A stretch of 62,000 nt of DNA from Squalus acanthias (Eukaryota): NCBI GenBank assembly GCA_030390025.1, contig CM059433.1:6510001-6572000 (forward strand). The letters are read 5' to 3'. The first letter of the stretch is position 1. Each line of letters opens with the position of its first letter. Under the pieces are notes generated by a model. That model was not told the DNA's origin. It made no database searches and saw nothing but the letters and a program-made list of their open reading frames with translations. Below, piece by piece: positions 35,825 through 48,572 of this stretch. Position numbers and translations under genes: made by a program.

Positions 35825-38529
35825 CCTTGAGAAGGTGGTGGTGAGCCGCCTTCTTGAACCGCTGCAGTCGGTGTGGTGAAGGTGCTCCCACAGTGCTGTT
35901 AGGGAGGGAGTTCCAGGATTTTGACCCAGCGACGATGAAGGAACGGCCGATATACTTCCAAGTCAGGATGGTGTGTGTGGCTTGGAGGCGAACTTGGAGG
36001 TGGTGGTGTTCCCATGCGCCTGCTGACCTTGTCCTTCTAGGTGGCAGAGGTCGCGGGTTTGGGAGGTGCTGCGAAGAAGCCTTTGCGAGTTGCTGCAGTG
36101 CATCTTGTAGATGGTACACACTGCAGCCACGGTACGCCGGTGGTGGAGGGAGTGAATGTTTAAGGTGGTGGATGGGTTGCCAATTGTGTATTCGAGTGTT
36201 CTAGGGAAACCTGAGCAGCAGGGTCGAAGGTCAGCAGATGAGGTAAGGCTACCAACCCCATCTCAGATAAACCTACCTTGGCAGCATCATCCTGTCCACC
36301 CTCGAGGACGGCCCTCGCTTCCGAGGTAAAATGGCAATCGGGGTCCCAGGACCTCAATTTGAATATGAAAAGGAGCCCAACGCCTAAAACAGGCGGGCGC
36401 TCCGAGCGGCCAGTGGCAGACCCTTTTCAAAATGGCGCAGACCTCTTTGTGAATGTTCTAGGGTGGTAAGGCTACTGACCCCATTTTGAGGCCACCACCG
36501 CCCCATTAATGGCAGGCGATTTGAAGTGAAAGTCGACCCTCGAGAAAGTAAAAAGTGGAGGCTGAGTCACCTTGCACCCTTTCATGCAACTCCCAACAGC
36601 TGGCTCAAGAGGAGCATCGGCCGAGATCCGGGAGCAGATCACCTGCCTGCCTCTCACCTGATGCCAAGGGAGAAACATATGCTCGAGAAGGAAATAGGAC
36701 AAAAAAAAAATGGGCAGCCTTCACCTCAAAAATTGAATTGGGTGATAGGAAGCAGATTTTGGAAGAGGATTCATTGTGTTAAATTGAAGTTGTTTGCCTT
36801 AATAAAAAATGTACCAAACAAATTGAGTTACACGAGACTTAGGTACCACAGTCCCAATTTAAAATGAATAAACATTTGATGCCAATGCATCCTCCTGTAC
36901 ATGTTCTTCAGGGCTAATGACCACATGGGTCTCTCTTTAAATATCACAGTGAAATCTTGCCTTTCACTCCCTTGCAAAATGGCTGTGCATAATTAGTGTT
37001 TGCTCAGCCACACCTCAGACAAGGCCACATTCCCGAATGGTGCTGCTGAGAGAGCAGATGGTGAGCATGTTCATTGGAAAGGTCCCTGCCTTCGTTCCCT
37101 GGTGATGCCCTTTATGAAATAAACACTGCACACTAAACATACAGCTATTTTCTTTGGACTCTACGGGAAGGGAGGGGGGAGGGGGAAACAAGTTAATGCT
37201 TTGCACCTGCCAGCTGTTTATTAATTTAATTATTTCCCACTGTGGATTCCCCTGAGCATCACAATCATCATGCAAAATTAAATTAAACAACAATTCGCCA
37301 TTCCAATGGTAATCAAACTGGAGGATGCCTTATTGCTGCTACAGTACTTTTTAGCTGCCAAAGCCCAATCAGGCTTTGTTGCACCTTATGCCATAACACA
37401 ATTCCTTTCTCTGAACATCATTTAATGCTGTCATTTTTGAATAGATTGTTGGACTCTCACGATCTGTGGCAGTAGAGTGGTGTCCTAATACCACACAGAA
37501 ATACCTGCTATCATTGCGCGTGATCACTGTCGACCCTGCGGGGTTCCAACAACAAGTTCTATTTCTCTCTCACACACACACACACACATAAAAATCTTCA
37601 GCTATTTGCGATCTTTTCAACGACAAAGCTACTTGACAGATTGCAAACGCTCAAGGTGCTCACCGAATCTGAGGCAGTTGCCGTGGCAAAGTAAGTCGAA
37701 TGAGTAAAATCTTGGGTCAGTCAGTTTCAATCTTTTCCTTTTGCCCACTCGGGCTTGCACACCTTGAAAAATAAATAAACCTGATCATTTTCTGAAAAAA
37801 ATAAAACCTACCAAAGCCAATCAAGCCAATTAGAAGTTGGTCGGATTTGACCGAATCAGCCAAATGGTAGATTTTACATTCGCTCATAATGGTTAACCTA
37901 TCATATTGTTGAATATTTCCCTAATCAAAATAAGATGCCATGATGATACTTGTTATCAATGTCAGTGCTTTGCAGTGACTGAATAAGTCAAATTATCTTT
38001 TATTACACGGGTTTGCAGGATTTCCCAGGATTTCTACGATTGTTTTGGGAATCTCATTTCATTCTTTTGTCAATTTTTCTGTGAAAACCATAAAAACCAT
38101 GGCCTTGTTTATTATCATTCCGTGTGTGTAGCCAGGCAACATAGAAAGTAATGCTGTGCAGAGAAAGACGTAATGCAATATTGAGAATTCTTAGGGGCCA
38201 GTCAGCAACCCCTGTGTTTACTTACATAGTGCAGGGTTAATATTACAGTAATGAAGCTGATATAAAATTGCCTGACCTTTGAGTAGGTTTATTACTGTAA
38301 TATTGCTGTTTGTTATCATAACAAGATGTGTCAGCTGACTTTAACAACTGCGAACCCAGAGGAGATTGGCATCTCCCTGCTGAGCTGCCCATAGCTTAAA
38401 ATAATTCACATCATTAAAAAATATATTAAACACTTTTTCTTACAGTTAATTATATTCATGCACTTGAATTCTTCTTCTGCCTATATCACACATACAGTAC
38501 AAAACAATGGTGCCCAACAGGAGGGTGGT

Positions 38530-38758
38530 AGGTTTGATCCCCAGCCTGTGCTGAGTTGGCTGATGTCAGACTAGACAGCAGTAAGGTCGCTACAGTTGAT
38601 CTCTCTCTCCCTGGAGTAGGAAGGAGAGATTTACTGGGTTCCTGCTCATGATCGCTATCCAGTGATTTGACTTGGAAATCTGCATATACAGATGTTGGGC
38701 GAGAGCAAGATCAAGCTTGCCTGTGATGGCTCCACGGTCAAATAGGCTTCTGACACTC
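38530..38758 (+). mobile_element. Ancient SINE-like repeat
   Basis: B-box-like GGTTTGATCCCC; weak similarity to 31720-31895 and 55690-55800 (minus). Confidence 0.4.
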
Positions 38759-39004
38759 TGGGCCAAATTTTCCTCTGTGGAGGTTTTAACTGCTGGGAGT
38801 GCACCGAAACTGCACGTCACCCACTGATGTTACACCTCTTGATTAACAATCCAATATTCCTCAGTGCACCTTCATTAAATAAACCTGGCGAGCTCCCAGC
38901 ACTATTAGCACCCTCAGTAGGAAGTCTTTAAGTGGTGGATGTTGCAGTCTAGGCACCTGAAGTCCTGCTTCAACGACACTGTGCTTTATGATCACTTGTC
39001 ATCA

Positions 39005-39450
39005 GTGTCAGCTGTGGCTCAGTGGGTAGCCCACTCGCCTCTTGAGTCGGAAGGTTGTGGGTTCAAGTCCCACTCCAGGGACTTGAGCACAAAAATCTAG
39101 GCTAACATTCCTGTGCAGTGCTGAGGGAGTGCTTCACTGTCGGAGGTGCCGTCTTTCGGATGAGATGTTAAACCGAGGCCCCGTCTGCTCTCTCAGGTGG
39201 ACGTAAAAGATCCCATGGGCACTATTTCGAAGAAGGGCAGGGGAGTTATCCCAGGGGTCCTGGCCAATATTTATCAACCAAAAAAACCAGATTATCTGGT
39301 CATTATCACTTTGCTATTTGTGGGAGCTTGCTGTGTGCAAATTGGCTGCCACGTTTCCCACATTACAACAGTGACTCTACTTCATTGGCTGTAAAGCGCT
39401 TTGAGGCGTCTGGTGGTTGTGAAAGGCGCTATATAAATGTAAGTCTTTCT
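39005..39450 (+). mobile_element. tRNA-derived Deu-domain SINE (SacSINE1-like), full length
   Basis: A box TGGCTCAGTGG, B box GGTTCAAGTCC, Deu core, tail aaggcgctatataaatg. Confidence 0.9.
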
Positions 39451-40177
39451 TGGGTGGACACACTTCATTATAGCTGTGTTCACCTGCTGTACCGCAGAAC
39501 TGTCATGAGCCCTGGCTTCAGACGGTGGCCAGGAATCACCCTGACACTTGCCATTCAGGGCCAAATATTGGTGGGATGGTGGGCTGCCTTAAAATGAAGG
39601 CATTGTGGCAGCTGCCTGGGAAGTGAGCATTAACTTTCATAATGTACCCCTGATAATTGCAAACGAGCTGTGCATTCGTTTCTCAATCATGTAGTGCTGG
39701 CATTTTGCAAAGGAGTACATAAGACCACGTGGATGCAAATCTATAGCACCCTTGACTGATGGGAATTCTGTAACACTGCACAGCCCTCTTGTGCTGCTGT
39801 CTGTGAAGAAGAAGGAAACATCAATGCCTTCTTGAATAAACAGGGCATCAAGCAGCTGCTTAATACATCTATGAACGGCTGGCTATTCAGCTTATGTATG
39901 TGATGTCCCCAAGGTTGGCCCAGAATGCACTAAAAGCTTAAGGGGCATTATGATCTTGACAACCACCATTGGTGCCATGCCAATGGAGTAGGTTGGCGGC
40001 AAGTCACCGTGGAGCATTTTTCACAATTCTGTCACGGCCTACAATGTAAATAAAGCCCCAGCAGGCACTGCCCGTCTGACAAATGTGCAGCAGGGCCTGT
40101 CAATTCTGGTGTGGGAGTCCTGGTGGGTGGGTGCAGAGCTTCTCTAGTTCAGCCTGGTATCGTGCTTTGGTCCTCCT

Positions 40178-40765
40178 TTTTTAAAATTAGTTTATGGGAT
40201 CAGGGCGTCGCTGTCAGGGCCAGCATTTATTGCCCATCCCCAGTTGCCCTTGAGAAGGTGGTGTTGAGCCGTGTTCTTGAATCGCTGCAGTCCGTGTGGT
40301 GAAGGTGCTCCCACAGTGCTGTTAGGGAGGGAGTTCCAGGATTTTGACCCAGCGACGATGAAGGAACGGCCGATATACTTCCAAGTCAGGATGGTGTGTG
40401 ACTTGGAGGAGAACTTGAAGGTGGTGGTGTTCCCATGCGCCTGCTGCCCTTGTTCTTCTAGGTGGAAGAGGTCGCGGGTTTGGGAGGTGCTGCCGAAGAA
40501 GCCTTGGTGAGTTGCTGCAGTGTATCTTGTAGATGGTACACACTGCAGCCACGGTACGCCGGTGGTGGAGGGAGTGAATGTTTAAGGTGGTGGATGGGGT
40601 GCCAATCAAGCGGGCTGCTTTGTCCTGGATGGTGTCCAGCTTCTTGAGTGTTGTTGGAGCTGCACTCATCCAGGCAAGTGGAGAGTATTCCATCACACTC
40701 CTGATTTGTGCCTTGTAGATGGTGGAAAGGCTTGGGGGAGTCAGGAGATGAGACACTATTTTCTT
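40178..40765 (-). mobile_element. Non-LTR retrotransposon 3' end (CR1 group, Zenon-like)
   Basis: LSTIYKAQIRSVMEYSPLAWMSAAPTTLKKLDTIQDKAARLIG...SLHHRR. Confidence 0.85.
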
Positions 40766-41571
40766 CCCCAGAAAGCAAAGATATAGCGTGATTCTCATGG
40801 GGAAAGGCTCCTGATCATTTAAATAATATCAGCAAAATAAAAACAACACAAAAAAAAACCCCATTAAGGAATGGCTAGAAAGTTTGAAAAACAATCTTGT
40901 TGCTGGGTAGTTTAAACAAACTTCAGTATACAGCTGAGCCCCTAATAACTCTGGATGGCCATTTTATATGGGCAGCTCCATGATGTTCCTGCATGCCTAA
41001 TACAGAATCATTTCAAATTCCTCACCAGAAATGCACATCATGTGCAAAATAGGTAGCTTCTTCTTCTGAGGCAGTCCATCGGATCCGAGGATGACTTAAA
41101 ATCGGTAGCGGTCTGATGTGATGAATCCATGTATGATTTTCTGATCAGTAATGACCATTTTGCACCAGAAAATTGTGCGTTACCAATTGGAAAATTATTC
41201 CGACTCGAGTATTTTTTTTTAAGTCCACTTGTTTAAATTCAGGGCAATACTCAGAATTGTAAAGCAAAAGTAAAAAAAACTAAATTATTCAGCAGTCATG
41301 ACATATTACAATTTCTGATTTAAAGAGTGGAATTTTTTTTTGCCAATGACCCTTAATTATTTGATGAAGGTGTTGTTGCTCAGAACCCCTCTAAATCTGT
41401 CTCTCTCTCTCTCTTTCTCCCTCGCTGTGTCCTTCTCTGCCTCTCCCCCTCTCAATTATGGATTTCAACTGCTGTTCCTAGAAATAAGCTAAATCGTAGT
41501 TGCTTACACTTATGGCATTTGTTTCAACTGCCCCTTGAGCATTTAGAATAATTTTCCATTTCCTTCAGAAT

Positions 41572-41800
41572 AAATAAAGAGCTTACATTTATACAGCGCC
41601 ATTCATGACCTCAGGACAGTTAAAAGCACTTCACAGTCAATGAAGTACATTTGAAGCATAGTCACTGTTGTAATGTAGGAAATTGCAGCAGCCAATTTAC
41701 ACAGAGCAAAGTTCCATGAGGAGCAGTGAGATAAATGACCAGATAATCTGTTTTGGTGGTGTTAGTTGAGGAATAAATGTTCGCCAGGACACCGGGAGAA
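41572..41800 (-). mobile_element. Deu-domain SINE 3' half
   Basis: Reverse complement of the SINE tail and core. Confidence 0.8.
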
Positions 41801-43053
41801 TTTACCAAACATATAAAACTGCTGGGACAGGAAAAGACCAGCTAGTTCGTCTAGCCTGTCACATACAGCCACGTTGCAACTCAGCGTCATGACCCCCAAT
41901 GCTCCACACCCACCAGCAGTCATGTAATCACGTGAGAGAGACAAAAAAAATACAGATTAAAATAAACCCCAGGCAATTCGGAGAAAGAAAGAAAACTGGG
42001 AAATTCCTCTCCGGCCCCTCGTGGCAATCAAAACGAGCTCCAGAAGACTACAGTGGCCAGAAAGCACGTCACTCAATATCCCACTGACCTTTTGTACGCA
42101 GTGATGTCAGTCTTGGCCGGGAACTCGTCCAGTTCCCTTTCGAAATTCTTTCCTCTGATGTAATCAACTAGAAATTACCATTGGCAATATTGTGTGTGAC
42201 ATTATTAAGTTTGCCATTTTAGCAGCAAAGTTAAACCACGAGCCGATCCCGGTGTTAAAAGAGTGGACAGGGGAAGGACATTCAAACATGTTAAGTGCTC
42301 ATCTGCTAATATTGCCAACAGCAATTTCTAGATTAATATCTAAAAAAATGATTTTCTGCAAGTTTACGGCTGCCCATGTCCTAACTCGCACCAAGTCCCG
42401 TTCGCCCATCACCCCTGTGCTCGCTGACCTACATTGGCTCCCGGTTAAGCAGCGCCGCGATTTCAAAATTCTCATCCTTGTTTTCAAATCCCTCCACGGC
42501 CTCGCCCCTCCCTATCTCTGTAATCTCCTCCAACCCCACCCCCCCCCCACCTCCCCCCCCGCCACCCCCGAGATATCTGCGCTCCTCTAATTCTGCCCTC
42601 TTGAGCATCCCTGATTATAATCGCTCAACCATTGGTGACCGTGCCTTCTGTTGCCTCAGGCCCTAAGCTCTGGAATTCCCTGCCTAAACCTCTCCGCCTC
42701 GCTACCTCTTTCCTCCTCAGAGCAGCGGCAGACCTGTGGGAAACGAGGCGGAGGCGGCGAGGTTTAAAAGAGGCGGCAGAGACCAGGTAGGCCTCACCAA
42801 TCTCCGAGCTCAGAGGGAGGGAGAGAAGTAAAAAGAAATCGAAGTGTGACGTCACCAGAAAGCAGGTAAGTGATTGGTTGGTGAGTATTTCTCTCTTTTT
42901 AAACTTAAACTCTGTGGTTTATAGTTTCTAAGCTCTCTGTGGTGTAGCGGGGACTGTTGGTAAACCAGGGCCCTTAAGTATATCATTTAACTGTAGTGTA
43001 ATTGGTGGGATTGATTTGATTTAATTTAATTTGAATTAATTAAAGGGTAAGTC

Positions 43054-44004
43054 ATGGCAGGAGAGCTCGGCCCCATGGTATGCTCCTCCTGCGCTATGTG
43101 GGAACTCAGGGACACTTCCTGTGCCCCTGACAACCATGTGTGCAGGAAGTGTATCCAGCTGCAGCTACTGGCAGACCGCATTGCGGCGCTGGAGCTGTGA
43201 TTGGATACATACTGGACCATTCGCGATGCTGAGGACGTCGTGGATATCACGTTTGAGCAGTTGGTCACACCGCAGGCAAAGGATGCACAGGCAGGAAGGG
43301 AATGGGTGACCAACAGACAGAGTAGTAGGCGCAGGCAGGTAGTGCAGGAGTCCCCTGTGGACATCCCCCTCTCAAACAGATATACCACTTTGAATACTGT
43401 TGGGGGGGATGGCTTATCAGAGGAAGGCAGCAGCAGCCAACTTCCTGGCACCAGGGGTGGCTCTGCTGCACAGGACGGGAGGAAAAAGAGGGGTAGAGCT
43501 ATAATGATAGGGGATTCTATTGTAAGGGGAATAGATAGGTGTTTCTGCAGCCGCAAACGAGACTCCAGGATGGTGTGTTGCCTCCCTGGTGCAAGGGTCA
43601 AGGATGTCTCAGAGCGGCTGCAGAACATTTTGGAAGGGGAGGGTGAACAGCCAGTTGTCGTGGTGCATATAGGTACCAACGATATAGGTAAAAAATGGGA
43701 TGAGGTCCTAAAAGCTGAATATAGGGAGTTAGGAGGTAAATTAAAAAATAGGACCTCAAAGGTAGTAATCTCAGGATTGCTACCAGTGCCACGTACTAGT
43801 CAGAGTAGAAATAGAAGGATATTTCAGATGAATACGTGGCTAGAGGAATGGTGCAAGGGGGAGGGATTCAAATTCCTGGGACATTGGAACCGGTTCTGGG
43901 GGAGGTGGGACCAGTACAAACCGGACGGTTTGCACCTGGGCAGGGCCGGAACCAATGTCCTAGGGGGAGTGTTTGCTAGTGCTCTGGGGGAGGGTTTAAA
44001 CTAA
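43054..44004 (+). pseudogene. CR1 ORF1: CxxC-CxxC Zn finger, coiled coil, SGNH/GDSL esterase
   Basis: MAGELGPMVCSSC...CRKC; GDSIVRG, HIGTND, DGLH; one in-frame TGA at 43198-43200. Confidence 0.92.
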
Positions 44005-46988
44005 AATGGCAGGGGGTTGGGAACCTGAGCAGCGAGACAGAGGAAAGGGAAACAAGGATAAAAGCAAAAGATAGGAAGGAGAAAAACAAAAGTGGCAGTC
44101 AGAGAAATCAACGGTTTAAATCAAACATGGCCACAGTAAATAATAATTCTAATAGGTCTAAGAGCATTAAAAAAACAAGCCTGAAGGCTTTGTGTCTTAA
44201 TGCGAGGAGCATTCGGAATAAGGTGGATGAATTAGCTGTGCAAATAGAGGTAAACGAATATGATTTGATTGGGATTACGGAAACATGGCTCTAGGGTGGC
44301 CAAGGCTGGGAACTCAACATCCAGGGGTATTCAATATTCAGGAAAGATAGGCAAAAAGGAAAGGGAGGTGGGGTAGCATTGCTGGTTAAAGAGGGGATTA
44401 ACACAATTGTAAGGAAGGATATTAGCTCTGATGATGTGGAATCTGTAAGGGTAGAACTGAGAAACACCAAGGGGCAGAAAACGTTAGTGGGAGTGGTATA
44501 TAGACCTCCAAACAGTAATGCGGAGGTTGGGGATGGCATTAAAAGGATAATTAGAGAAGCGTGCAATAAGGGCACAGCAGTCATCATGGGTGACTTTAAT
44601 CTACATATAGATTGGGCTAACCAAATTAGTAACAATACTGTGGAGGAGGAATTCCTGGAGTGTTTACGGGATGGTTTTCTGGACCAATATGTCGAGGAAC
44701 CAACCAGAGATCAGGCCATCTTAGACTGGGTATTATGTAATGAGAAAGGATTAATTAGCAATCTTGTTGTACGAGGCCCCTTGGGTCGGAGTGATCATAA
44801 TATGATAGAATTCTTCATTAAGATGGAGAGTGAAGTAGTTGACTCAGAAACTAGGGTCCTGAATTTAAATAAAGGAAACTACGATGGTATGAGGCGCGAG
44901 TTGGGTAGGATTGATTGGGGAATGTCACTCAAAGGGTTGACGGTGGATAGGCAATGGCAAACATTCAAAGACCGCATGGATGAACTACAGAATTTGTTCA
45001 TCCCAGTTTGGCATAAGAATAAAACAAAAAAGGTGACTTAACCGTGGCTAACAAGGGAAATTAGGGATAGCATAAGATCCAAGGAGAGGACATATAAATT
45101 AGTCAGAATAAGCAGTAAACCTGAGGATTGGGAGCAGTTTAGGATTCAACAAAGGAGGACAAAGGGATTAATTAAGAAGGGGAAAATAGAATATGGGAGG
45201 AAGCTTGCAGGGAACATAAAAACTGACTGTAAAAGCTTCTATAGATATGTGAAGAGAAAAAGATTGGTGAAGTCAACCGTAGGTCTCTTGCAGTCAGAAT
45301 CAGGGGAACTTATAATGGGGAACAAAGAAATGGCAGACCAATTAAATACATATTTTGGTTCTGTCTTCACAAAGGAGGATACAAATAACCTCCCAGAGAT
45401 GTCGGGGAACATAGGGTCTGATGAAAGGGAGGAACTGAAAGAAATCAGTATTTGTAGGGAAATGGTGTTAGGGAAATTGACGGGATTGAAGGCTGATAAA
45501 TCCCCAGGGCCTGATAATCTACATCCTAGGGTACTTAAGGAAGTGGCCCTAGATATAGTAGATGCATTGCTGATCATCTTCCAACATTCGATGGAATCTG
45601 GAACAATACCCATGGATTGAAGGGTAGCTATTGTTACCCCACTATTCAAAAAAGGTGGTAGAGAGAAAACAGGGAATTACAGACCGGTAAGCCTGACATC
45701 GGTAGTGGGGAAAATGCTAGAGTCCATTATAAAAGATGTAATAGCAGAGCACTTGGAAAACAGTGACAGGATCGGACAAAGTCAACATGGATTTACAAAA
45801 GGTAAATCGTGCTTGACTAATCTACTGGAATTTTTTGAGGATGTAACTGGTAAAATAGATAAGGGAGAACCAGTGGATGTGGTGTATTTGGACTTTCAAA
45901 AGGCTTTCGATAAGGTCCCGCATAAGAGATTAGCGTGTAAAGTTAAGGCACATGGGATTGGGGGCAAGGTATTGACTTGGATAGAGAACTGGTTGGCAGA
46001 CAGAAAGCAAAGAGTTGGAATAAACGGGTCTTTTTCCGAGTGGCAGGCAGTGACTAGTGGGGTACCGCAGGGTTCGGTCCTTGGACCCCAGCTATTCACA
46101 ATATATATTAATGATCTAGACAAGGGAACTAGATGTAATATCTCCAAGTTTGCAGACGACACAAAGCTGGGTGGGCGTGTGTGCTGTGAGGAGGATGCCG
46201 AGAAACTCCAGGATGATTTGGACAGGTTGGGTGATTGGGCAGAAGCATGGCAGATGCAATATAACGTGGATAAATGCGAGGTTATCCACTTTGGTGTCAA
46301 AAACAGGAAGGCAGATTATTATCTGAATGGCAATAGATTGGGAGAAGGGGAAGTGCAACGAGACCTGGGTGTCCTTGTGCACCAGTCGCTGAAGGTAAGC
46401 ATGCAGGTGCAGCAGGCGGTTAAGAAGGTAAATGGTATGTTGGCCTTCATAGCGAGAGGGTTTGAGTACAGGAACAAGGATGTCTTGCTGCAGTTGTACA
46501 GGGCCTTGGTGAGACCACACCTTGAGTATTGTGTGCAGTTTTGGTCGCCTTATCTGAGGAAGGAGGTTCTTGCCATGGAAGGAGTTCAGCGAAGATTCAT
46601 CAGGCTGATACCTGGGATGGCAGGAATGACGTATGAGGAGAGATTGGGTCGATTGGGCTTATACTCGCTGGAGTTTCGAAGAATGAGAGGGGATCTCATT
46701 GAAACTTATAAAATTCTGACAGGACTGGACAGACTAGATGCAGGAAGGATGTTCCCGATGGTCAGGGAGTCCAGAACCAGGGGTCACAGTCTAAGGATAA
46801 GGGGTAAGCCATTTAGGACAGAAATGAGGAGGAATTTCTTCACCCAGAGAGTGGTGAACCTGTGGAATTCTCTACCACAGAAGGCAGTAGAGGCCAAGTC
46901 ATTAAATATATTCAAGAAGGAGTTGGATATATTTCTTAAGGCTAAAGGGATCAAGGGATATGGGGAGAAAGCAGGGACAGGGTTCTGA
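43980..46988 (+). pseudogene. CR1 ORF2: apurinic endonuclease plus reverse transcriptase
   Basis: LNARSI, ITETWL, GDFN, SDH, GVPQGS, FADD; single frame with stops at 44292, 45039 and 45618; first in-frame ATG at 44127. Confidence 0.95.
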
Positions 46989-47740
46989 ATTTGGATGATC
47001 AGCCATGATCGCATTGAATGGCAGAGCAGGCTAGAGAGGCCGAATGGCCTACTCCTGCTCCTATCTTCTATGTTTCTATGTTTCTATGTTAAGACGCTCC
47101 TTAAAACCTACCTCTTTGACCAAGCTTTTGGTCACCTGCCCTAATTTCTCCTTATTTGGATCGGTGTCAAGTTTGTTGTCTTAAAATACTCCTGTGCAGC
47201 GCCTTGGGACGTTTTACTACGTTAAAGGCGCTATATAAATACAAGTTGTTGTTGTTGTTGTTGTTGTTGTTGAATGTTATTAGGCAGAGTTATAAAAACA
47301 CAGAATCAAAGAACATTTCTTAATTTGTAGTATTCCCCCAGTATTCAAAAATATTGTTACTTTGTTAAATTTCTGTTGACCTTAAACAGATGAATTGATA
47401 CACAGTTATAAAGCAGCACTTGGAAGTTGAACACAAATGCGTCACATAAAAGATGAGTTCCTCTTTTCTATTTAACAAGCAATGATTTATAGCTAGGACT
47501 AAGGAACAATATGCTAATTCAACAAAGCTTGATTCTATCTACTGCTCCAGTATATTGCTCTTACCTTCATGCAGATATTGCTGTACTAGGTTTTAATAAA
47601 GAAATCTTATTGGAATGTCACATAGTATATGTTGGCTGATGACGGTACACACGCATCACTGATAGTGACCGGTGCTCATTCTTCTACAAGTTTGAGAAAT
47701 CCATAATACTTGAGCACTGGAGTCACAATAATTAATCACT

Positions 47741-47845
47741 AAAACAAAAGCAAAATACTGCGGATGCTGGAAATCTGAAAAATAAACAGAAAATGCTGGA
47801 AACACTCAGCAGGTCAGGCAACATCCGTGGAGAGAGAAACAAGAT
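47741..47845 (-). mobile_element. Penelope-like terminal-repeat relic, family 2
   Basis: gcaaaatactgcggatgctggaaatctg...ctcagcaggtcaggcaacatccgtggagagag. Confidence 0.6.
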
Positions 47846-48572
47846 TTAACTAATTATGGAGGGCGTCGTTAAGCCGCCATTATTTTTCCAGCAATTTCAG
47901 GGCCAATATTTCGCACAAGTAGGCAGTAAAATAGCTCGTATTATGCCGATATTAAACATGGAATAAATGATCCCTGAGCGCAATTGCGAGACATAAATCT
48001 AATCTTGGAATTCTCGTTATGTAGTCCACAACAGCAAAAAAACTGGAGTGGTTTGTAACCATCATTTAAACAGGATTAGGTTATCGCCTTGAAAAAAAAA
48101 TCTTCCTGGTATCTGCTTTGTTTTATAAAATGCATACAGTCTCAATTTTATGTAGTATTATTCTGTTTCTGGTCAGTTTGGGGCATAGAACGGTTACCAA
48201 TGCAACCACCAACAGGAAACGTGTTCCCTGACCTCAGCATATGGAGGCTTACTAATGGTACAATTAGTGCTAATGGAGGCTTACTAATTGTAAAATAATT
48301 ACTGAAGGTTTTTCAAGGTATAATCCGCAGTTGATTACTCGGAATACTGAGTGAAATGTATACCTATATATTATTTAAAAGCTTGTGTAAAGTGCACACT
48401 TATCACCCACAAAGGATACTTCATGTTGTTACAATTTTTGGTCATGTTTTCTGTCGACATTTACCATTGTGTAAATTGCTGCATCAGCATTTCCCATTCA
48501 ATTTTGTCATGTCAACTGTCACAATGTAGTTGCAGGCTCTGGCCACTAGATGGCTGTGGAATGAGTTTCTAT

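Larger units (their letters stand above)
35533..36182 (-). mobile_element. Non-LTR retrotransposon 3' end (CR1 group, Zenon-like), interrupted by a Penelope palindrome
   Basis: Homologous to 40178-40775; poly(A) tail on the minus strand. Confidence 0.8.
42718..47088 (+). mobile_element. Near full-length CR1 LINE
   Basis: 5' UTR, ORF1, ORF2, 3' UTR stem (gagcagg/cctgctc) and (TTTCTATG)n tail; no TSD. Confidence 0.97.
42365..47271 (+). mobile_element. L2 3' end (42365-42717 plus 47089-47271) split by the CR1
   Basis: The two parts rejoin as ttcctcct^ttaagacgctcc, as in the uninterrupted copy at about 52808-52826; (GTT)n tail. Confidence 0.92.

Noticed and set aside
39010..39085. tRNA-like sequence with A and B boxes
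   Set aside because: It is the head of a SINE and continues into the Deu core; not a tRNA gene
41057..41098. Possible RTE-type LINE 3' tip with (GAA)n tail on the minus strand
   Set aside because: About 40 bp, too short to support
43026..46520. Long antisense ORFs within the CR1 (217, 136 and 134 aa)
   Set aside because: Expected shadows of the sense ORFs; no motifs
48241..48296. About 32-bp local duplication ATGGAGGCTTACTAAT
   Set aside because: Two copies only; an ordinary slippage event
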